DNA of 32,000 nucleotides from Candidatus Electronema halotolerans (GTDB lineage Bacteria > Desulfobacterota > Desulfobulbia > Desulfobulbales > Desulfobulbaceae). How positions within the stretch are numbered: the first letter of the stretch is position 1; each line of letters begins with the position of its first letter. Position numbers and translations under genes: made by a program. The stretch lies in assembly GCA_942493095.1 (NCBI GenBank), contig OW818675.1:300001-332000 (forward strand). Reading direction: 5' to 3'. Of this stretch, positions 28,071 through 32,000 are shown in pieces. The notes beneath the pieces are model-generated. The model searched no databases. It worked only from the letters and a program-made list of their open reading frames with translations, and had not been told where the DNA came from.

Positions 28071-28266
28071 GATTTAAAAAAAAGAAACGCATTCAGGAAC
28101 ATATTTCAACGGAAGTTTGCTCAAAATAAATAAAAAACAGGAAATAACAATTTATGTATTTGAAATTTTCAACTGTCAAAGACACTATTGATAAGCTGAA
28201 AAAACTTTATCTCAAATTTTTCGAGGTTCCCTTGAAGGAACACTGAAGCAGTAAATTTGAGCATTT

Positions 28267-28746
28267 TCAGTCCGCATTGCGCACTGTCACCACTTCGGCC
28301 TTACGGAGCATGCGATTCTCTTCCCTGTCAATGTAGCCTTTTTTGAGCACATCCAGAATTTCCTCATCCTCTTTTTCCGGCATCTGCTTGGTTTCAACAA
28401 TCCGGCACTGTTCAGCCTTGGCCTGTCTGCCGGACAAATCAAGCGGGACTATGTTGCGGGCCGCCAGCAGCCGGAGCAGTTTGCGCTGCATGGCCCGCAT
28501 GTTGTTGACCAAACTGAGGCTGGTCTTGTCCAAGGGCTGCCGCTTGCGCTGGATATTGTTTTCCAAACTGTCAAAGGCATCCAAGACCTCGAACAGCTCA
28601 GTCAAAATATCTAATTCACGGCAGCGGCAGGCTTCCTCCTCCTCGCGGCGGAGCCGTTTCAGCTCGGCGATCTCCCGCTGAAAGGTGACTAATTTTTCCC
28701 GCAGCAGCTCGTCGGGGCGGGGATTGCTGTTGTTTTTTTTCATCAT
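28267..28746 (-). CDS. grpE: GrpE-like nucleotide exchange factor (short, stand-alone)
   Basis: Coiled-coil N-terminus. ILTELFEVLDAFDSLENN compares with GrpE LLPVIDSLDRAL. C-terminal KKGYIDREENRMLRKAEVVTV compares with GrpE KGY..g.r.iR.A.V.V. Confidence 0.7.
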   Translation of the reverse strand: MMKKNNSNPRPDELLREKLVTFQREIAELKRLRREEEEACRCRELDILTELFEVLDAFDSLENNIQRKRQPLDKTSLSLVNNMRAMQRKLLRLLAARNIVPLDLSGRQAKAEQCRIVETKQMPEKEDEEILDVLKKGYIDREENRMLRKAEVVTVRNAD

Positions 28747-28788
28747 GCAATTTCCGGGTTCAGCCGCTGCAGCTCATCTTCCTGCAAC

Positions 28789-28804
28789 AGCATTGTTTTC
28801 GCCA
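28789..28804 (-). promoter_or_regulatory. Weak sigma-54-like -24/-12 element upstream of the grpE-like gene (TGGCGAAAACAATGCT on the minus strand)
   Basis: The GG and GC dinucleotides have the canonical spacing of TGGCACG-N4-TTGC. It lies about 43 nt upstream of the ATG. Motif match only. Confidence 0.25.
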
Positions 28805-28869
28805 GCAGGCTGAATCGTGAAAAAATTCTGGAAAATTAACGGGCCCCTGTTGGGCCGTACCCTCCTGTT

Positions 28870-29097
28870 CATCTTCCGTTCATCTTTGTTCTGCTATCCT
28901 GATAATAAAGGGAGACGGAAGATGTACCGCAACCTTTCAGAGTGCCTCTGTTCTGACTCCTCCTCTGCGCGCAACGTGTGTGCAGATTGAACAGAGGCAC
29001 CCTTTGTCAAGCAACAGCCTGCCTTTTCAGCATCTTTGCCCTCACTCCTCCTCCGTTCCATTGTGGATCGGACTTGGGCAAAGGTGCTGTTTTTTTT
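28870..29097 (+). ncRNA. Candidate structured small RNA: three inverted-repeat units (28870-28924, 28942-29000, 29031-29086) followed by T8
   Basis: Arms CATCTTCCGT/ACGGAAGATG, GTGCCTCTGTTC/GAACAGAGGCAC and CTTTGCCC/GGGCAAAG have spacers of 35, 35 and 34 nt. Two spacers begin T[GC]ACTCCTCCTC. A T8 run at 29090-29097 follows the last arm on the plus strand. No promoter was identified. Confidence 0.3.
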
Positions 29098-30722
29098 CAG
29101 CTATAAAAGGCGGCGGCAAAAAGCTGCCGAGTGTAGTCATGCGCTGGCCGGGCAAAAATCCGGTCTGCCGGGCCAGATTCAACAATTTTTCCCTGCCGCA
29201 TGACAGCCAGCTCATCAGCCAAAGAACGCAGCACCCGCAGATCGTGGGTGATGAAAATATAGGTCAGGCCATGCTTTTCCTGCAGCCGCCGGAGCAGGGC
29301 AATGATCTGGGCTTGAATGGTCACATCCAAGGCTGAGGTCGGCTCGTCAAGAATCAGCAGCTTCGGTTTGAGAATCAAGGCTCTGGCAATGGCGATGCGC
29401 TGCCGCTGGCCGCCGGAGAACTCATGCGGAAAACGGCCTGCCACAGCCGGGTCCAGCTCCACCTCCAGCAAGGCCTGCTCCACCGCCTCATGCCGCTCTT
29501 TCCGGCGCAGACTTGGCTCATGCACTTGCAGGCCCTCGCCAATGATTTGCTCCACAGTCAGGCGGGGCGAGAGCGAGGAAAAAGGGTCCTGAAAGACAAT
29601 CTGGAGATGACGGCGCAGAGGCCGAAACTGGCGGCTGTTCAGATGAGAAAGCAAAATTTCCTGCTCCGCCGGGCAGTAGCGGATAGTGCCTTGAAATGAA
29701 GTCAGGCCGAGCAGGCAGAGGGCCAAGGTGCTTTTGCCGGAACCTGACTCGCCGATGATGCCCAGCGTGGTGCCTTGACGAATGGCAAGGCTGACCTCGT
29801 CAACAGCTTTGAACCTGCTAATTTTGCGGCGTTTGAACAGGCCCTGCCACGTTTTTTTCACCGTAAAGGCGCAGGTGATCTCCTGCATGTCCACCAGCAC
29901 CTTGCCGCCCGCTGCCGGTGTTTTGCTCTCTTGGGGGATAGCCCGGAGCAGCTTGCGGGTGTAGTCCTGCTTGGGCGCGGCAAAGATTGCTTCCGTGTCG
30001 CCCTGCTCAACAATCCGGCCTTGGTGCATGATCGAGACTGTCTCCGCCGCCTGCCGCACCAAGGGCAGGTCATGGGTGATGAGCAGCACCGCCATCTGGA
30101 ATTCCTGCTGCAAATCCTTGATCAGCTCCAGAATTTGGGCCTGAATGGTCACATCCAAGGCTGTGGTCGGCTCATCGGCGATCAGCAGGGCAGGGCGGCA
30201 GGCTAAGGCCATCGCAATCATGACCCGCTGCCGCTGGCCGCCGGAAAGCTGGTGCGGATAGGCTTTGAGCCGGTTTTCAGGCTCTTGAATGCCAGTGCGG
30301 GCCAGCAGGCTGACTGCTTCCTGCCGCGCCTCTTCCGCCGACATCTGCCGATGGAGGAGCAGCGGCTCCACAAGCTGGCTGCCAATGGTATGCACCGGAT
30401 TGAGCGAAGTCATCGGCTCCTGAAAGATCATGGCGATCTCATTGCCGCGCACAGCCCGGATTTCCCGTTTGCTGATCTGAAGCAAGTCCCGGTCTTGGAA
30501 GAGAATCTGGCCCTGCGTCCGCACTCTGCTGACACCCTCCAGCAGGCGGAGAACGGACAGGGCGGCCACAGACTTGCCAGACCCGGATTCGCCGACCAAG
30601 GCATGGGTTTTGCCAGCCTCAATGCTCAGGCTGATGCCGTGCAGGACTTCAGTGTCGCCGCCAAGTTCCTGGTCAGCGAGAAAGGAAAGACAAAGCTGGT
30701 TGATTGCAAGCAGGGGCTTCAT
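29097..30722 (-). CDS. Fused double ABC ATPase (oligopeptide/nickel/microcin-C transporter type, YejF/DppDF-like)
   Basis: Two Walker A motifs (GESGSGKS twice), two signatures ([16 protein letters not shown]) and two Walker B motifs ([24 protein letters not shown]). Confidence 0.9.
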   Translation of the reverse strand: MKPLLAINQLCLSFLADQELGGDTEVLHGISLSIEAGKTHALVGESGSGKSVAALSVLRLLEGVSRVRTQGQILFQDRDLLQISKREIRAVRGNEIAMIFQEPMTSLNPVHTIGSQLVEPLLLHRQMSAEEARQEAVSLLARTGIQEPENRLKAYPHQLSGGQRQRVMIAMALACRPALLIADEPTTALDVTIQAQILELIKDLQQEFQMAVLLITHDLPLVRQAAETVSIMHQGRIVEQGDTEAIFAAPKQDYTRKLLRAIPQESKTPAAGGKVLVDMQEITCAFTVKKTWQGLFKRRKISRFKAVDEVSLAIRQGTTLGIIGESGSGKSTLALCLLGLTSFQGTIRYCPAEQEILLSHLNSRQFRPLRRHLQIVFQDPFSSLSPRLTVEQIIGEGLQVHEPSLRRKERHEAVEQALLEVELDPAVAGRFPHEFSGGQRQRIAIARALILKPKLLILDEPTSALDVTIQAQIIALLRRLQEKHGLTYIFITHDLRVLRSLADELAVMRQGKIVESGPADRIFARPAHDYTRQLFAAAFYS

Positions 30723-30779
30723 GCTGCGGAGTGTACCGCATGACTGAGGGGCAAGGCAAGGAGGGAGCGGGAAAAAATT

Positions 30780-31199
30780 TTATGCCGCTGTTGCCGGGAA
30801 GTCGCCTTTTTTCTGACATTCCGGGCAGATGCCGGTGAATTCCACATGATGGCGGACGATCTTGTAGGCAGTTTTCTTGGCCGCTGCTCTGACAAGATCA
30901 TAAATCACATCCATTTCAATATTTTCCACTTTGGAGCAGACCGAGCAGCGGATATGATAATGCGGCTCTGTGTCCGCATCAAAACGCTTCTGCGAGCCGC
31001 CCACCTCAAGTTTCAGAATGATGCCGCCTTCGGCCATCAACTCCAGATTCCGATAGACCGTGCCCAGCCCGATGCGCGGCAGCCGCTTCCGCACTATGTC
31101 GTACAGCTCGCAGGCCGTGGGATGATTCGCCTTAGTAAGCTCCTCCAGCAGAATCTGCCGCTGCGTTGTCATGCGAATGATGGGGTCTGCGGCCTGCAT
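30780..31199 (-). CDS. Fur-family metalloregulator (Fur/Zur/PerR subtype undetermined)
   Basis: Winged-helix N-terminus (RIGLGTVYRNLELM), HYHIRCSVC and CPEC cysteine pairs. GGGAAGGA precedes the ATG at 31199. An alternative start is at 31172. Confidence 0.85.
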   Translation of the reverse strand: MQAADPIIRMTTQRQILLEELTKANHPTACELYDIVRKRLPRIGLGTVYRNLELMAEGGIILKLEVGGSQKRFDADTEPHYHIRCSVCSKVENIEMDVIYDLVRAAAKKTAYKIVRHHVEFTGICPECQKKGDFPATAA

Positions 31200-31347
31200 G
31201 TCCTTCCCTTGCTGGCTAAAAAAATTGTCCTGATGAGGTCAGTATGGCATTTTTCAAATACAATTCCGCATGTTCCGTCAAGAAATATAAAAGAGCTATT
31301 GGGAATGAAAGAGGAATCCTGTTGCGCTGCTTGAATGGGCTGAACAA

Positions 31348-31849
31348 TCACTTGTAATGTTCTGAATAGGCATCAAGCAGTTTTTTGTATCATTTTTTGA
31401 TATTGCGTATGATGCTTTTCCGCTTCACGTTTGAAGAAATCGAGGCTTTTTCTGCTGAGAGTGAGTGTTATTTCAACGTGTCCCTCTTTAAAAAGAAGCT
31501 GCTCCGGTGGTGGCAGAAAATCTTCAATTATGCGAATATCGCCTAACGGTTCGTCTGTATATTCAATTTTTTTGTTTTCTTTGTCATATATTTTCTTCCC
31601 TTTTCGCCAATAGCCAGCACCAATTATTCGTATGGCACTGCCACGAAACGTAAAACGAACAGTTGCAATACCTTCCTGTATCCTGCCGAAACAGTAATAT
31701 CTTTTCTCATCTTGACTATGAGCCGTATCTTCAGCAATAATACGCTGCGGATCGGCAAATGCGTATTGAGCAAGCTCAAATGACACGCCATGCTTTTTCT
31801 GGTTCTGTTGATTTTTAGCTTTATCCTATTCAAACTTGACCTGTTTCAT
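31348..31849 (-). pseudogene. brnT: Decayed BrnT (DUF497) toxin / BrnA-like antitoxin locus: in-frame stop, toxin-antitoxin fusion and a 3' frameshift
   Basis: The reading frame from the ATG at 31849 gives MKQVKFE*DKAKNQQNQKKHGVSFELAQYAF. The TAG at 31826-31828 sits where the conserved FEWD Trp is expected. IRIIGAGYWRKGKKIY (BrnT end) runs directly into KKIEYTDEP...DFLPPPEQL...YQKMIQ (antitoxin-like). A shifted frame after the A6 run (31381-31386) reads LLDAYSEHYK*. Confidence 0.6.
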
Positions 31850-31851
31850 AA

Positions 31852-31950
31852 GGGTACCTCGAAAAATTGGTATTTTTGGCAGTTGTTGCGTTGTAAATGT
31901 CTGATTATTCGATCACGCCTTCGGCAAAATCGGTATTTTTCGAGGTACCC
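31852..31950. mobile_element. 99-bp MITE with terminal inverted repeats GGGTACCTCGAAAAAT, related to the IS5-family element at 25.6-28.2 kb; 4-bp target duplication ATAA
   Basis: GGGTACCTCGAAAAAT at 31852-31867 and its reverse complement at 31935-31950. ATAA at 31848-31851 and 31951-31954. No coding capacity. Confidence 0.75.
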
Positions 31951-32000
31951 ATAAATTCAGTTCATGTTTCTTTTCTCTCTGCGGTCCAATCAAATTTGAA

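Larger units (their letters stand above)
25623..28231 (+). mobile_element. IS5-family insertion sequence, copy A (about 1305 bp), interrupted by a second copy of itself; flanked by a 4-bp direct repeat TTGA
   Basis: Ends are GGGTTCCTCGAAAAAT (25623-) and ATTTTTCGAGGTTCCC (-28231). TTGA occurs at 25619-25622 and 28232-28235. The internal sequence 25623-25822 plus 27127-28231 is the reverse complement of copy B. Confidence 0.85.

Noticed and set aside
28747-29096. CIRCE/HrcA operator or ROSE-type element upstream of the grpE-like gene
   Set aside because: No TTAGCACTC-N9-GAGTGCTAA-like sequence is present. The inverted repeats found have 34-35-nt spacers and unrelated arms, and are reported as a separate unexplained structure.

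Overview
Chromosomal window from a Gram-negative bacterium, moderately GC-rich by eye. The gene content (two-subunit biotin carboxylase, TamAB, sigma-54-like motif) fits Desulfobacterota or similar, but taxonomy is not established.

Most of the window is ordinary housekeeping and envelope genes:
- a partial receiver+HPt phosphorelay protein
- an envelope glycan-modification locus at 2.1-9.1 kb (acyltransferase-3, two GT-C-like membrane proteins, a GT2 and a methyltransferase)
- a two-subunit pyruvate-carboxylase-type enzyme
- a catalase-related gene
- LivG/LivF-type ATPases, FeoA, TamA/TamB, an AI-2E transporter, a GrpE-like protein, a fused double ABC ATPase and a Fur-family regulator

Accessory and unusual content:
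1. HigBA and MNT/HepT toxin-antitoxin modules sit between the two carboxylase subunit genes. Next to them is an array of 14 tandem 21-bp units with a palindromic, GATC-containing consensus.
2. An IS5-family element is inserted into a second copy of itself, with no target duplication at the inner junctions.
3. A 99-bp MITE with related terminal repeats sits 2 bp from the start of a decayed BrnT/BrnA locus.
4. A perfect 34-bp duplication of the livG 5' end brackets the catalase-related gene.
5. A 350-bp intergenic region holds three inverted repeats with a constant 34-35-nt spacing, CU-rich internal segments and a T8 tail, which makes it a candidate plus-strand sRNA.
6. A truncated C5 DNA methyltransferase fragment lies at 9.1-9.5 kb.

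I found no CRISPR array, tRNA or rRNA. All functional calls rest on motif recognition by eye in the supplied translations; no database search was possible.
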